NCBI GenBank assembly: GCA_963785725.1
Contig: CAWAWS010000025.1
Span: 15,191 to 79,190 of the forward strand
DNA length: 64,000 bases
Direction of reading: 5' to 3'
Source of the DNA: an uncultured delta proteobacterium
Lineage (GTDB): Bacteria > Myxococcota_A > Polyangia > Palsa-1104
A program made the translations under genes and the position numbers. This document shows, one piece after another, positions 53,397 to 64,000 of the stretch. Numbering within the stretch: the stretch's first letter is position 1; each line of letters starts with the position of its first letter. Below the pieces are notes generated by a model. The model worked only from the letters and a program-made list of their open reading frames with translations. It was not told the origin of the DNA and did no database searches.

Positions 53397-53798
53397 TTAC
53401 TTCTTGGCGAGCTGCTGCACGCGCTTCCACTGCGCGTCCGTCAGCGGCACGAACGACAGCCGCCCTTGCTTGACGAGCGGGCTGTCGGCGAACAGCGGAT
53501 CGGCCTTGAGCTGCGCCAGCGTCACCGGCTTCGGGAGCGGCTTGCCCGCCTGAAGGTCGATGACCGCCAGCGCCGGATCTTTCGGATCATCGTAAGCCGC
53601 CGACGCCAGCACCGCCTCGCCGACCGCCGCTTTGACGCTGCCGGTGTGGTAGACGAGCGCGCGGTCGCCGAGCTTGGCCGCGCGCACATGCTGCAGCGCC
53701 GTGGGGTTGCGAATGCCGTCCCAGCGCGTCTGCTTTTCGCGCACGAGATCGGCGAACGAGTACGTCGACGGCTCGGTCTTGAGCAGCCAATAAGCCAT
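53397..53798 (-). CDS. EVE domain protein
   Basis: YWLLKTEP..YS, WDGIRN, GD..LVYH, VTL..LK, RLS motifs. Confidence 0.93.
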   Translation of the reverse strand: MAYWLLKTEPSTYSFADLVREKQTRWDGIRNPTALQHVRAAKLGDRALVYHTGSVKAAVGEAVLASAAYDDPKDPALAVIDLQAGKPLPKPVTLAQLKADPLFADSPLVKQGRLSFVPLTDAQWKRVQQLAKK

Positions 53799-53817
53799 GC
53801 GCGGCAGTATGCCTCAG

Positions 53818-55680
53818 CTACTGCTTGGGGATGACGATGAGCTGCATCGCCGTCGCCGGCACGCTGAGCATGAGCTGGCCGTTGGCGATCGCATAGGCCG
53901 CCGGCGTCGTCGGCGCGTCGCCTTGCACCACTTGTGTGACCGTGGCCGACGCGCCCGCCGTAAAATGCTGCAGCGACAATGGCGCCGACAACGCCGCCGT
54001 ATCCTTGTTGATGACGAGCACCGTCAAGTTGCCCGTCGTCGAATCGGTGGCGGCGTAGATCGACCACTTCACGTTCGGGCTCGCGGCCGCCACCGAGACG
54101 TCGCCGAAGCCGTGACCTTGCCCGTCGGCGTTGCGATAGAGCTGAAACGCGCGATAGGCCGGCAATTGCGTCGTGCCGTCGACGGGCGAGCCCCAATAGG
54201 CGGCCAGGCGCACGCCGAACTTACCGAAGATGCCGAGCACGTCCGCCTGCGCCAGGCCCGCCGACGGATTCGTCGGGTCGTCGTTGTTCCAGTTGTACTC
54301 GCTGACGCAGACGCCGGTGCCGGGATATTCGGCGGCGATCCAGCCGATGATGCGCGGCAAAAGCTGCATCGGCTCGTCCATGAAGTCGTTGAACCACGAC
54401 GGATCGTGATAGGTCGTGTCCCAGAGCGAGCGCGTGTTGTCGAGCACGTCGCCGCCTTGCGGGTAATAGTGGAAGTCGAGGCAGTCGACGAGCCGCCCGC
54501 CGTGCTGCTGCTCGTAGGTCGCCAGCTGCCGCAGATACCACTGCGCCAGCGGAATGCCGCCGTGCGCCGCTTGATCGGCCGAGCTCGAGTTGGCCGTGTC
54601 GAGGCCGCTGACGAACAGATCGAGCGCATACCACGCCGTGTAACCGAGCACGAAGGCGTCGGGGTCGACGCCTTTGATGGCCGGCGCGTAGTCGAGCGTC
54701 GCGTTCCACACGTCGTCCGACGAGACCGGCAGCGTGCGCACGTCGTGATGGGTCGACGGCCACAGCGTCATCTCGTTGTCGAGCTGGTAATACTGCACGC
54801 CGCCCGACTTGGCGCCGCCGAACGTGTCGACCAAGTGCTGCATCCACTGCGCCTCGAAGTCGGGCGTCGCCGGCTGGGAGTCGTTGGTCGGATCGCCGAC
54901 GACATTGGCGAGCACGTTGCCGTTGGCGTCTTTGGCGTTGCCGCAGTCGGGGCTGTCGGTCGAGCCGAGCTGGCCGACGTTGCCGCTGCCGTATTTCGAC
55001 GCGGGAAAGCCGCACGTGTAAGGCGCGGCGTGGCGATCCTTGGGCGTCCAGCCGATCGTGGGAATCGTCAGCAGCGACGGCGTGCCGGCGGCGGCGTTGC
55101 CGGCGACGAAGTTGTCGGCCGACGACGTCCAGCCGGCGTCGCCGGGATCGCCGCTCGCCGGGTCGTAGCCGTCGACGGCGCCGCCGGGAATGTTCTCGTA
55201 GTACCACCAGGTCGCGTGGTTGGAGACGTCGAGCTGCCAGTTGTAGAGGCTGGAGCCGTCGCCGCCCCAACGGCTGACGCCGACGCGCAACGTCTTGACG
55301 AGATCGGCGGGCGCGCCGGCGATGCCGTAGATTTCCGGATGGATCGCGTGCGCGCCGCCGGTGGCGTCGACGACGAGGCCGCTGCCGCTGATGGCGGTGC
55401 AGGCGCCGCCGGTGCAGAGCGCGTTGGCTTGGCAGCCGCCGCAGACGCCGCCGCAGCCGTCGTCGCCGCAGACGTTCGTGCCGCAGCTGGGCGTGCAGGT
55501 CGTGCCGCCGATGATGCCGCCCGTGCCGCCGCCGCTCGACGTGCCGCCGCCGCTGTTGCCGCCGCCGGCGCTGTTGCCGCCGCCGCTACTGCCGCTGCCA
55601 CCGCCGCCGGAATGGCCACCGTTGCTGCCGCCGCAGCCGATCACCATCGCCGCCAGCACGATCGCCGCCCGTCTTCGCAT
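53818..55680 (-). CDS. glycoside hydrolase family 44 lipoprotein
   Basis: Lipobox VIGC, Gly/Ser linker, Cys-rich CTPSC..CGDDGCGG.C repeat, RWGG, YNW, LDNE, HYYP, SEYNW motifs. Confidence 0.88.
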   Translation of the reverse strand: MRRRAAIVLAAMVIGCGGSNGGHSGGGGSGSSGGGNSAGGGNSGGGTSSGGGTGGIIGGTTCTPSCGTNVCGDDGCGGVCGGCQANALCTGGACTAISGSGLVVDATGGAHAIHPEIYGIAGAPADLVKTLRVGVSRWGGDGSSLYNWQLDVSNHATWWYYENIPGGAVDGYDPASGDPGDAGWTSSADNFVAGNAAAGTPSLLTIPTIGWTPKDRHAAPYTCGFPASKYGSGNVGQLGSTDSPDCGNAKDANGNVLANVVGDPTNDSQPATPDFEAQWMQHLVDTFGGAKSGGVQYYQLDNEMTLWPSTHHDVRTLPVSSDDVWNATLDYAPAIKGVDPDAFVLGYTAWYALDLFVSGLDTANSSSADQAAHGGIPLAQWYLRQLATYEQQHGGRLVDCLDFHYYPQGGDVLDNTRSLWDTTYHDPSWFNDFMDEPMQLLPRIIGWIAAEYPGTGVCVSEYNWNNDDPTNPSAGLAQADVLGIFGKFGVRLAAYWGSPVDGTTQLPAYRAFQLYRNADGQGHGFGDVSVAAASPNVKWSIYAATDSTTGNLTVLVINKDTAALSAPLSLQHFTAGASATVTQVVQGDAPTTPAAYAIANGQLMLSVPATAMQLIVIPKQ

Positions 55681-55835
55681 GGCGCCCCCTTGTGCAACGC
55701 GCTTGCCGACGGGTAACTACGCGAATGCTGCGCGCGCGCCGTGGCCTATGAGCTACACTCGCGACCACGGTTGAGGGCGCCGGCCCCCGAATCCGACTGA
55801 GAACGACAATTGCACCAACCGCGCCCCAATCGATC

Positions 55836-58208
55836 ATGAAGCTCACCGCCCTGTTCGTCCTCGCCCTCGGTCTCGGCGCTTGTCAGCCCGAACAGACCTC
55901 GATCGCCGTCCATATCACCGCGTCGGGCTTGACGTTTTCGCGACTGCAGCTGTCGGTGTTGCTGGGCCCGGCACAATCGCAGAGCCTGCTCTTGCCGGCG
56001 ACGCAAGGCGGTCGCGTCGTCATCTTGCTGCCGGCTGTGGCCGAGCCGGTCACAGTCACCCTGCGCGCCCTCGACATCAGCGGCGAGGTCGTCGGCGAGC
56101 AGAGCGGCGTCGTCACGTCGGTGCCGCACGAGCAAGTCGACCTCACGCTCGCGCTCTCGGGCGGCACTCCCATGCCCGACGGCGGCTTCGACATGGCGCG
56201 CGACGACGCGCAGGCGCCGCCGGACCTGCCGCCGCCGACGCCGTCGTTGACGCTGCTGGCGGGCGCGCTCGGCGGTCCCGGCGAATCCGACGGCAAAGGC
56301 GCTGAAGCGCGCTTCACGTCGCCGCTGGGCTTGGCGATCGCCGGCACCAGCATCTACGTCGCCGAGCAGTACAGCGGCCGCATCCGCAAGGTCGGCACCG
56401 ACGGCACCGTCACGACGCTCACGCTCGTCGATCCGCAGAGCGGCAACGTCATCTTGACCGACAACGGCGTCGGCCTCGCTTACGACGGCGGGCAATACCT
56501 CTACGTCAGCGAATATTACGGCTGCGACATCCAGCGCATCGACCTCGGCAGCCCGACGGCGGCGGGCGCGTTTCCGATGGCGCGCGTCTCCGGCGCCGGC
56601 GGCGAAGTGTGCGGCAACATGAACGGCGACGTCGACGCGAGCCAGCTCAACAAGCCGGGCGCCATCACCTTCGACAGCAGCGGCAACTTGTGGATCCTCG
56701 ACGAGCTCAACTACGCCGTGCGCCTGTTCGTGCCCAAGACGGGCCTGTTGTCGACCATCGCCGGTCAGCCGCCGGCCGGCGGCACGACGTCCACCGCCGT
56801 CGACGGCTCGAGCACGACGGCGCGCTTCGGCTCGCTCTCGTGCATCAGCGCCATCGGCAGCAAAATCTACATCAGCGACGGCTCCTCGCTGCGCGTCATC
56901 GACACGACGCTCGCGCCCACCGCCGCCACTTACGTCTCGACCGCTCTACCGTCGGGCGACAACGGCTTCGAGGCGCTCGAGGGCATCGGCCCCGGCGATT
57001 CCGGCAGCATCCTCGCGCTCGACGCCGACGGGCTCATCCATCGCATCGTGCCGGGCGCGACGCCGTCGTTCGCCAGCGTCGCCGGCAACAGCAGCTTCGG
57101 CGAGGCCAGCGACGGCGACGGCTTTGCCGCGACGCTCGTCGGCCCCGGCTTCATGCAGGTCGACGGCAGCGGCAACGCCTGGTTCACCGACGGCACGACG
57201 CTGCGCAAGCTCACCATCGGCGCGCCCTGGCCGGTGACGACGGTGGCCGGCGTCGCCGCCCACGCCGGCGACTCGCAGACGCCGCCGCGCTTCGACATGC
57301 CCTCCGGCCTCGCCTGGGACGCGACGACCAACATCGTCTACATCGCCGATTACTCGGGCAATCGCATCCGCGCGTTCCAGCTGCCGAGCGGCCCGCTCAC
57401 CGTCTTCGCCGGCAGCGGCTCCAGCGGCCATCACGACGACATCGGCACGGCGGCGACGTTCGGGGGCCCGGTGTCGCTCGCGCTCGACGGCGCCGGCGAG
57501 CTCTTCGTCAGCGACAGCGACGGCGAATACATCCGCAAAGTGACGCTGGCGACGGCGCAGGTGCAGACCGTCGCCGGCAACGGCACCGGCACGCTGCCCG
57601 GCTTCTACGCGCCCAAAGGCCTCGCCTTCGACGGCGCGCACACCCTCTACATCAGCGACTTCGGCCACCACTGCATCCGCACCATCGACACCGTGTCCGG
57701 CGCGCTCGCCACCTTCGCCGGCGTCTGCGACGAGAACAGCCCCGGCAGCACGAACGGGCCCGCCGCCAGCGCGTCGTTCTACGGCCCGGCCGGCCTCGCC
57801 ATCGACCATACGCACCACCTGCTCTACGTCGCCGACGACGGCAACCGCGTCCTGCGCAAGATCGATCTCGTCGCCAGCGGCAACCCGGTCACGCTGCTCA
57901 GCGGTCAAGTCGGCAACGCCACCTACGTCGACGACACGACGCTGGCGCTGGCCACTTACGCGTCGCCGTTCGATCTCGCGTTCGACGACGCCAGCGGCAT
58001 CCTCTACGTCGCCGACCAAGACAACAGCGCCGTGCGCAAGGTCGACCTCACCGGCGATCGGGTCACGACCTATATCGGCGACGGCAACCAGCGCACCGAC
58101 GTCGGCCCGCTGCCGGCCGCGATCAACGTGCCCTACGGCATGGCGCCGACGCCGGCCGGCCTCTTGGTCACGTCGCAGAACGAGAACGCGCTGCTGCTCG
58201 CGAAATAA
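55836..58208 (+). CDS. NHL-repeat beta-propeller lipoprotein
   Basis: Lipobox LGAC; repeated A.F..P.GLA.D...LYVAD..N..IRKI units. Confidence 0.88.
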   Translation: MKLTALFVLALGLGACQPEQTSIAVHITASGLTFSRLQLSVLLGPAQSQSLLLPATQGGRVVILLPAVAEPVTVTLRALDISGEVVGEQSGVVTSVPHEQVDLTLALSGGTPMPDGGFDMARDDAQAPPDLPPPTPSLTLLAGALGGPGESDGKGAEARFTSPLGLAIAGTSIYVAEQYSGRIRKVGTDGTVTTLTLVDPQSGNVILTDNGVGLAYDGGQYLYVSEYYGCDIQRIDLGSPTAAGAFPMARVSGAGGEVCGNMNGDVDASQLNKPGAITFDSSGNLWILDELNYAVRLFVPKTGLLSTIAGQPPAGGTTSTAVDGSSTTARFGSLSCISAIGSKIYISDGSSLRVIDTTLAPTAATYVSTALPSGDNGFEALEGIGPGDSGSILALDADGLIHRIVPGATPSFASVAGNSSFGEASDGDGFAATLVGPGFMQVDGSGNAWFTDGTTLRKLTIGAPWPVTTVAGVAAHAGDSQTPPRFDMPSGLAWDATTNIVYIADYSGNRIRAFQLPSGPLTVFAGSGSSGHHDDIGTAATFGGPVSLALDGAGELFVSDSDGEYIRKVTLATAQVQTVAGNGTGTLPGFYAPKGLAFDGAHTLYISDFGHHCIRTIDTVSGALATFAGVCDENSPGSTNGPAASASFYGPAGLAIDHTHHLLYVADDGNRVLRKIDLVASGNPVTLLSGQVGNATYVDDTTLALATYASPFDLAFDDASGILYVADQDNSAVRKVDLTGDRVTTYIGDGNQRTDVGPLPAAINVPYGMAPTPAGLLVTSQNENALLLAK

Positions 58209-58252
58209 CCGCCGGCGCGCTCAGTCGTGCGGCGGCTGCAGCGCGCCGGGAA

Positions 58253-58894
<642 letters not shown>

Positions 58895-58967
58895 GTCGAC
58901 GAGGTAACATCAGTCAAAAAGTTGCGTCAATGACGATTTACGTATTGCACTATATGTTGGTGCAACT

Positions 58968-60569
58968 ATGCGAGCTGCAACGACTGTCCTACTAGCGGCC
59001 TTGGCTTCGAGCGGCTGCGCCGGCGCCGGCTTCCCCGACGTCGTCGATGTCCGCCAGGTGATGACGCCGTTCGGCGCGCCGCGGATCAGCCGCATTCGCG
59101 ATGCCGGCGGCCCGAGCGTGCCCGACTCGGGCGCGTGGCAAGGCGAGCCCGACGGCGTGGCCGTGCCCGGCGAATTGCTCGTCATCGAAGGCGACAACTT
59201 CGGCCGCTTGCCGACGGTGAGCATCGGCGGCCGCGCGACCGCGATCGTGGCGCGCACGGACGGCGGCGGCATCATCGCGCGCGTGCCGACCGGCGTGCCC
59301 GCCGGCAACGCCAGCGTCGTCGTGTCGCAGCCGCGCGGCCGCGCGCAAAAGACGTTTCCCGTGCGCCGCTACGCCATCGTCGCCCACGGCGGCCAAGTGT
59401 TCGTGCTCGGCGTCGATCGCGACAGCGCCACCCTCATCGGCAAGCCCTTCTCGCTCGCCGGCGCGCACGATCTCCGCATCTCCGGCGACGGCGCCGCCGC
59501 CTACGTCATCGCCAGCCGCGGCGACGGCGACTGGCTCGTCGCCATCGATCTGTGCGCGCCCGGCGGTCCGCGCATCGCGACCGAGAAGAAGCTGCCGCAC
59601 CACGGCGCGCTCTTGTCGTCGGCGATGGACGCGCCGGTCACAGCCGTCGTCGGCGACGGCGAGGTGACGCTGGTGCAGACGCACCATCCGCGCGCGCCGG
59701 CGCTGTTCGAGCCGATGGATCTGCCGCTCGGCGCCAAGGCGCCCCGCGCGATCGAGCTGTCGCCCGACGGAAAGCTGCTGGCGCTGCTCGTCGCCGAAGG
59801 CAATCGCCTGCTGGCGCTCGACGTCTCGTCGCCACCGTCGGCGGACGTCGTCACGGCCGTCGACCTGCTGCCCGACCAAAAGCTGTCGCTGGTGCGCGAC
59901 TTGGCGTTTTCGTCCGACGGCGAGACGCTGTGGATCGTCTCCGGCGACAACGCGTCGAGCTTGCCGGCCCTGCAGCCGACGCGCTTGACGGCGCTGCGCA
60001 TCCTCGCGCCGACCGGTGACGCGACGCCGCCGCCCAAAGTCAAAGAGCGCCTGTTGTCGGTCTGGCGCACGCAGTCGGTGCCGGGCGCGGCCGCGCCGAT
60101 TCACATCGCCGTCGCCCGCGGGCAGCCGCTCGCGTCGGGCACGACGATTCGTATGGCGCCGGAGAAGGCGGCCGTCTTCGTGTCGTCGCTCAATGACGCG
60201 CTCTTCAAGCTCGCCGATCTCGACCTGGCGACGTCGACGGGCGGAAAGAAAGCGCTGCAGCTGTGGCATCCGCCGGAGCCGGGCATCATGGTGCGCGCCG
60301 ACATCAACGGCGGCGGCGGTCCGCTCTTTACGACCCGCGAGATCCTGTCGTCGATCGATCTGACGCCCGATGCGCAGCTGATCGTGGCGACGGCGGCGCG
60401 CGTCGCGGCGCGGCCGGACATCACCGGCGGCCTGCAGCTCGACTTCGGCGTCAGCTACGCGCCGATCTTCAAGTCGAACGTGCCGCCGGTGTTCGTGCCG
60501 CTGGCGCCGTTGGACGAAAAGACGCTCAAGCCGCCCTTTCATCTGGGCGCCGTCAGGATTCAGCCGTAG
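58968..60569 (+). CDS. lipoprotein with Ig-like (IPT/TIG) and beta-propeller regions
   Basis: Lipobox SSGC; IEGDNFG..V.IGG IPT-like segment; LSPDGK and FSSDG propeller turns. Confidence 0.65.
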   Translation: MRAATTVLLAALASSGCAGAGFPDVVDVRQVMTPFGAPRISRIRDAGGPSVPDSGAWQGEPDGVAVPGELLVIEGDNFGRLPTVSIGGRATAIVARTDGGGIIARVPTGVPAGNASVVVSQPRGRAQKTFPVRRYAIVAHGGQVFVLGVDRDSATLIGKPFSLAGAHDLRISGDGAAAYVIASRGDGDWLVAIDLCAPGGPRIATEKKLPHHGALLSSAMDAPVTAVVGDGEVTLVQTHHPRAPALFEPMDLPLGAKAPRAIELSPDGKLLALLVAEGNRLLALDVSSPPSADVVTAVDLLPDQKLSLVRDLAFSSDGETLWIVSGDNASSLPALQPTRLTALRILAPTGDATPPPKVKERLLSVWRTQSVPGAAAPIHIAVARGQPLASGTTIRMAPEKAAVFVSSLNDALFKLADLDLATSTGGKKALQLWHPPEPGIMVRADINGGGGPLFTTREILSSIDLTPDAQLIVATAARVAARPDITGGLQLDFGVSYAPIFKSNVPPVFVPLAPLDEKTLKPPFHLGAVRIQP

Positions 60570-61854
60570 CTAAGCCGCCGCGGACTTCGTCTTCGTCGTC
60601 GGCGGCTCGAGCACGCCTTCCCAGCGCGCGATCACCATCGTCGCCAAGCAGTTGCCGATGACGTTCACCGTCGTGCGCGCCATGTCCATCAGGTTGTCGA
60701 CGCCGAGGATGAGCGTGATGCCTTCGAGCGGCAGCTTGTAGCTCGCCAGCGTCGCCGCCAAGATGACGAGCGACGCGCGCGGCACGCCGGCCACGCCCTT
60801 CGACGTCAACAAGAGCGTCAGGAGCATCGTAATCTGCTGCCCCGCCGTCAGCTGTACGCCCGCCGCCTGCGCCACGAAGATCGAAGCCAACGACAGGTAG
60901 AGCGTCGAGCCGTCGAGGTTGAAGCTGTAGCCGAGCGGCAAGATGAACGCGACGATGCGCCGCGGCACACCCAACTCTTCCAGCACCTCCATCGCCCGCG
61001 GCAGCGCCGCTTCCGACGAGGTCGTCGAGAACGCGATCAGCGCCGGCTCGCGCACCGCCTTGACGAAGCGCACGAGCGGAATGCGCGCGATCAGCGCCAC
61101 CGGCACCAGCACACAGACGAGGAACACGACGAGCGCGCCATACAACGTCGCCACCAGCGCCGCCAGGTGCCACAAGACGCCGAGACCGCCTTTGCCGACG
61201 GTGTAAGCGATAGCGGCGCCGACGCCGATGGGCGCGTAGTGCATGATCCCGTGCGTCAGCTTGAACATCGCCTCGGTGACGGCTTCGGCGAGCGCGACGA
61301 TCGGCCGCCCCTTTTCGCCGATGCTGCCGACGGCGAGCGCGAACGCGATGGCGAAGATGACGAGCTGCAGGACATCGTTCGTCGCCATCGCCTGCACGAT
61401 CGACTCGGGTACGGCGTGCAGCAAAATGTCGTCCCAATGCTGCGCATGCGCCGCCGGCAAGACGTCAGTCGGCGACGCCGACGGCGGCGGCAGCACGACG
61501 CCGCGACCCGGCTGCACCAAGTTCACCGCGCCCAGCCCGACGACGAGCGCCAGCGCCGTGACGACCTCGAAGTAGACGAGCGCGCGCAGCCCCATGCGGC
61601 CGACGGCGCGCGCGTGACCGGCGCCGGCGATGCCCGCCACCAGCGACGAGAAGATGAGCGGCGCGATGATCATCTTGATCAGCCGCAGGAACAGCGTCGC
61701 GAACGGCCGGAAGAGCTCGGCGCGACCGGGTAGCGAAGCGCGCGACGACCGCGCCGGCGACGATGCCGGAGACGAGCCCGACCAAGATCCACTGGCTCTG
61801 CGTGATACGGCGACGGGGAACGCGTGCGTCGTGCAGCGACGGGTCCGAATTCAT
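60570..61854 (-). CDS. dicarboxylate/amino acid:cation symporter (GltP/DctA family), frameshifted near 61731
   Basis: FLRLIKMIIAPL, FSTTSSEA, GYSFNLDGS, TSKGVAGVP, DMART motifs; the first TM (QWILVGLVSG) is in another frame. Confidence 0.9.
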
Positions 61855-61861
61855 GCGCGGC

Positions 61862-63724
61862 TCATGGTTGACCGGGTGCCAGCGTAGCAACGACGCGCGC
61901 CGGTTGGGCGATCGACTGCGCGGCAAAATAGTCGGCGGCGGCGGCGGCGAGCGCGCGCCCACCTTTGTCGCCCAAGAGCGGCGCCAATTTGTAGCGCGCG
62001 CAGGCCGCCCACAGCGCCATGTCGGCGGCATCGAAGCCGCGCGCCGCCTCGACGAGCGCCGCGCGCGCGCCCGGCTCGTCGCCGCGCGCCAAGCGGATGC
62101 CGCTGTCGAGGAGCGCGGCCAGCGGCGTCGACCAGGCCATCTTTTCACGCTGCAGACGCCGCGCCATCGCTTGCGCTTCCTTGAGGAGGCGCTGCCGCTC
62201 GTCGCCGACGCGCCGGCAGGCCAGCGCCAACGCCACGCGCCCGCGCAGATGCGTCGCCTCGATGCGCGTCAGCTGAATCATCAAGAGGAGCGACTTACGC
62301 AGCGGCTTCCACGTTCGCTGCACGCGCGCCCAGGCCGTCGCCGGATCATCCGCGTAGAGATCGATCGTCGCCTCGGCCAAGAGGTTGTCCCAATGTTGAT
62401 GATGGAAGCCTTGCTGCGACCACATCGCCATCGCCGTCGCGGCCGCGGCGCGCGCGCCTTCGACGTCGTCGCTGGCCAAGTGCACGAAGTTGAGCTCGCC
62501 GATGCGCAAGTTGGTGGCCGCGTAGAGGTCGCCGCGCTCTTCGGCCTCGCGAATCGCCGTCGGCACCGCGCGCTGCAGCTGCGCCATCTCGCCCAAATAA
62601 AACAGCGACCACAGGCTGAACGACTGGGCGCTGTCGGCTTCCCAGGCGGCGCCGATGCAGCGATCGCGGAAGACGCGCTCGGCGTCGCTGCACAAGCGGT
62701 GGCCGTCGCGCCAGCGGCCCTGCAGGAACGCCGCGATGCCGCCCGTCGCCGACACGAGCGCGTGCACCTCGGGCGCTCGCACGCGCGTCGCCAGCGCCTC
62801 GGCCGACGCCAGCAAGCGCGCGACGCGGACGCGGCTCGGACCGCCGACGGCCGACGCGTGCGCGGCTTCCATCGCCAAGGCGCGCGCGACGCGATGGATT
62901 TCGCCGGCGCGCAAGGCCAAGACGAGGCAGCGTGTCTGGTAGTCGGCGCCGCGAATCGTGTCGACGAGCCCCATGCCGACCGCGACCGAGAAGCAGGTGT
63001 CGAGCCGACGCAAGAGCGCCGGCGGCACGTCCGACTCGGCGCGCTCGCGAAAGCGCAGGCCACGCAGCCGCACGCGAGCGCGGTTGAACAGGAGTGACGC
63101 CAGCGCGCCCGTCGGCGTGCGCGGCAAGGACATGCCGACGGCGCCGAGCACCTCGCGCACCGCCGTCAGGCCGTCGTCGACGTGGCCGCCGCGCAGGTAC
63201 TGCTCGGCGGCGCGCCGGCGCAGCTCGAGCGCCAAGGCGACGCGCGCGTCGGCGTAGGCTTCGCCCTCGCGGCGCGCCAGCGGCGCCGCGCCGCGCCGAT
63301 GCGGCGGCGCGACCAGCGCTTGCTCCGTCGCCACCGTCGCCGTCGTCGTCTTGGGATTCGGCGCCGGCTCGAGCAGCGCCGCCGCCTCTTGGTACGCGCG
63401 CGCCGCCTCGGCGCCGCGGCCGGCCGACGCCAGCGTCTCGGCGACGTTGACCGCCAGCTGCTGCCGCGCCGCCGAGCCCGACGGCGCCAGCGCCAGCGCG
63501 TCGCGATAGAGCGTGGCCGCGCGATCGAACGCCAGCGCCTCGGCCGCCTCATCCGCCGCCAGCGACGTATAACGCGCCGCCCGCTCGCGATCGCCGGCTT
63601 CGGCGAAGTGCAGCGCCAACGCCTGCGCGTCGGCTTGCTTGCCGGCTTCGAGCGCCATCCCATCGCACACGGCATGAGCGCCGCAACGTTGACAGACGGT
63701 GTACGTGATCGGTTGTTTTACCAT
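61862..63724 (-). pseudogene. C-terminal TPR part of a kinase/AAA-TPR-type protein fused to a short foreign N-terminus
   Basis: ALHF.EAG...AA.Y...AA..A..ALAFDRAA.LY and LELRRRAAEQYL..GH are typical internal segments; no kinase or ATPase domain upstream; composition changes near 63660. Confidence 0.65.
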
Positions 63725-63765
63725 GACACTAGCATCGCTCCATTCGATTCCCAGAAGCTACTCCG

Positions 63766-64000
63766 TCACGAGACTTTGCGCAGCTCGTCAGCGGGTTCGA
63801 CGCCAAGCGCCGCGTCTTGCTGTTGGCTCAACCGCTCGACGTTGGACGCGTTGAGCATGTTGGATTGGTCTACAAACGCGCCAGGGCATAGCTCAAATAA
63901 TTCGTTGGCCTCAATGTGCCTAAAGCTAGCTTGCGCGTGATCGTGAGCGTTTACCGCCAAATTCCACTCGGGTCTATTCTGTCGCCTTGCTACCGCAACC
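63766..64000 (-). CDS. partial hypothetical protein in a lower-GC segment (open to the window edge)
   Basis: No stop codon from 63999 to 63769; visibly lower GC than the rest of the window. Confidence 0.4.
   Translation of the reverse strand, partial: VAVARRQNRPEWNLAVNAHDHAQASFRHIEANELFELCPGAFVDQSNMLNASNVERLSQQQDAALGVEPADELRKVS

Noticed and set aside
52560..53798. EEP nuclease plus EVE domain as a modification-dependent restriction system
   Set aside because: The genes are convergent, and both families are common stand-alone genes
55500..55635. GCCGCCGCCG tandem repeats as a repeat array
   Set aside because: Encodes the Gly/Ser linker of the GH44 lipoprotein
58944..58967. CIRCE (HrcA) element
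   Set aside because: Arms and spacing differ from TTAGCACTC-N9-GAGTGCTAA, and no chaperone gene is adjacent

Overview
Very GC-rich chromosomal DNA, most likely from a Myxococcota (Polyangia/Haliangium-like) bacterium. That assignment is inferred from an FHA-GGDEF protein, a giant TPR protein, Cys/Gly-rich lipoproteins, a kinase-type TPR remnant and Myxococcus-type LexA boxes. About 45 real genes sit among many GC-shadow ORFs. Main blocks: (1) signalling, lipid and redox enzymes plus lysC; (2) a run of an NlpI-like TPR lipoprotein followed by a translationally coupled DctP/TatP, 3403-aa TPR protein, TatT and CbiR-like gene, with no TRAP membrane subunits in the window; (3) a densely hairpinned intergenic region before a 52-aa acidic ORF, next to a coupled dctP-apbE pair; (4) an imuA-imuB-dnaE2 mutagenesis cassette sharing a LexA-like box with a divergent crtD-like/halogenase-like/unknown operon; (5) PadR plus methyltransferase, then a second LexA-like box before yhaO/yhaN (SbcD/SMC-like); (6) a P2-type ATPase that has lost most canonical Ca2+ ligands; (7) secreted GH44, NHL and PNGase F-like lipoproteins; (8) a truncated kinase-associated TPR gene fused to lower-GC DNA at the right edge. 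Many genes look leaderless (a -10-like hexamer 6-8 nt before the start codon). Three genes carry a single extra base, probably assembly errors. I saw no CRISPR array, rRNA, canonical tRNA or transposase. All family calls come from recognising motifs by eye; no searches were run.
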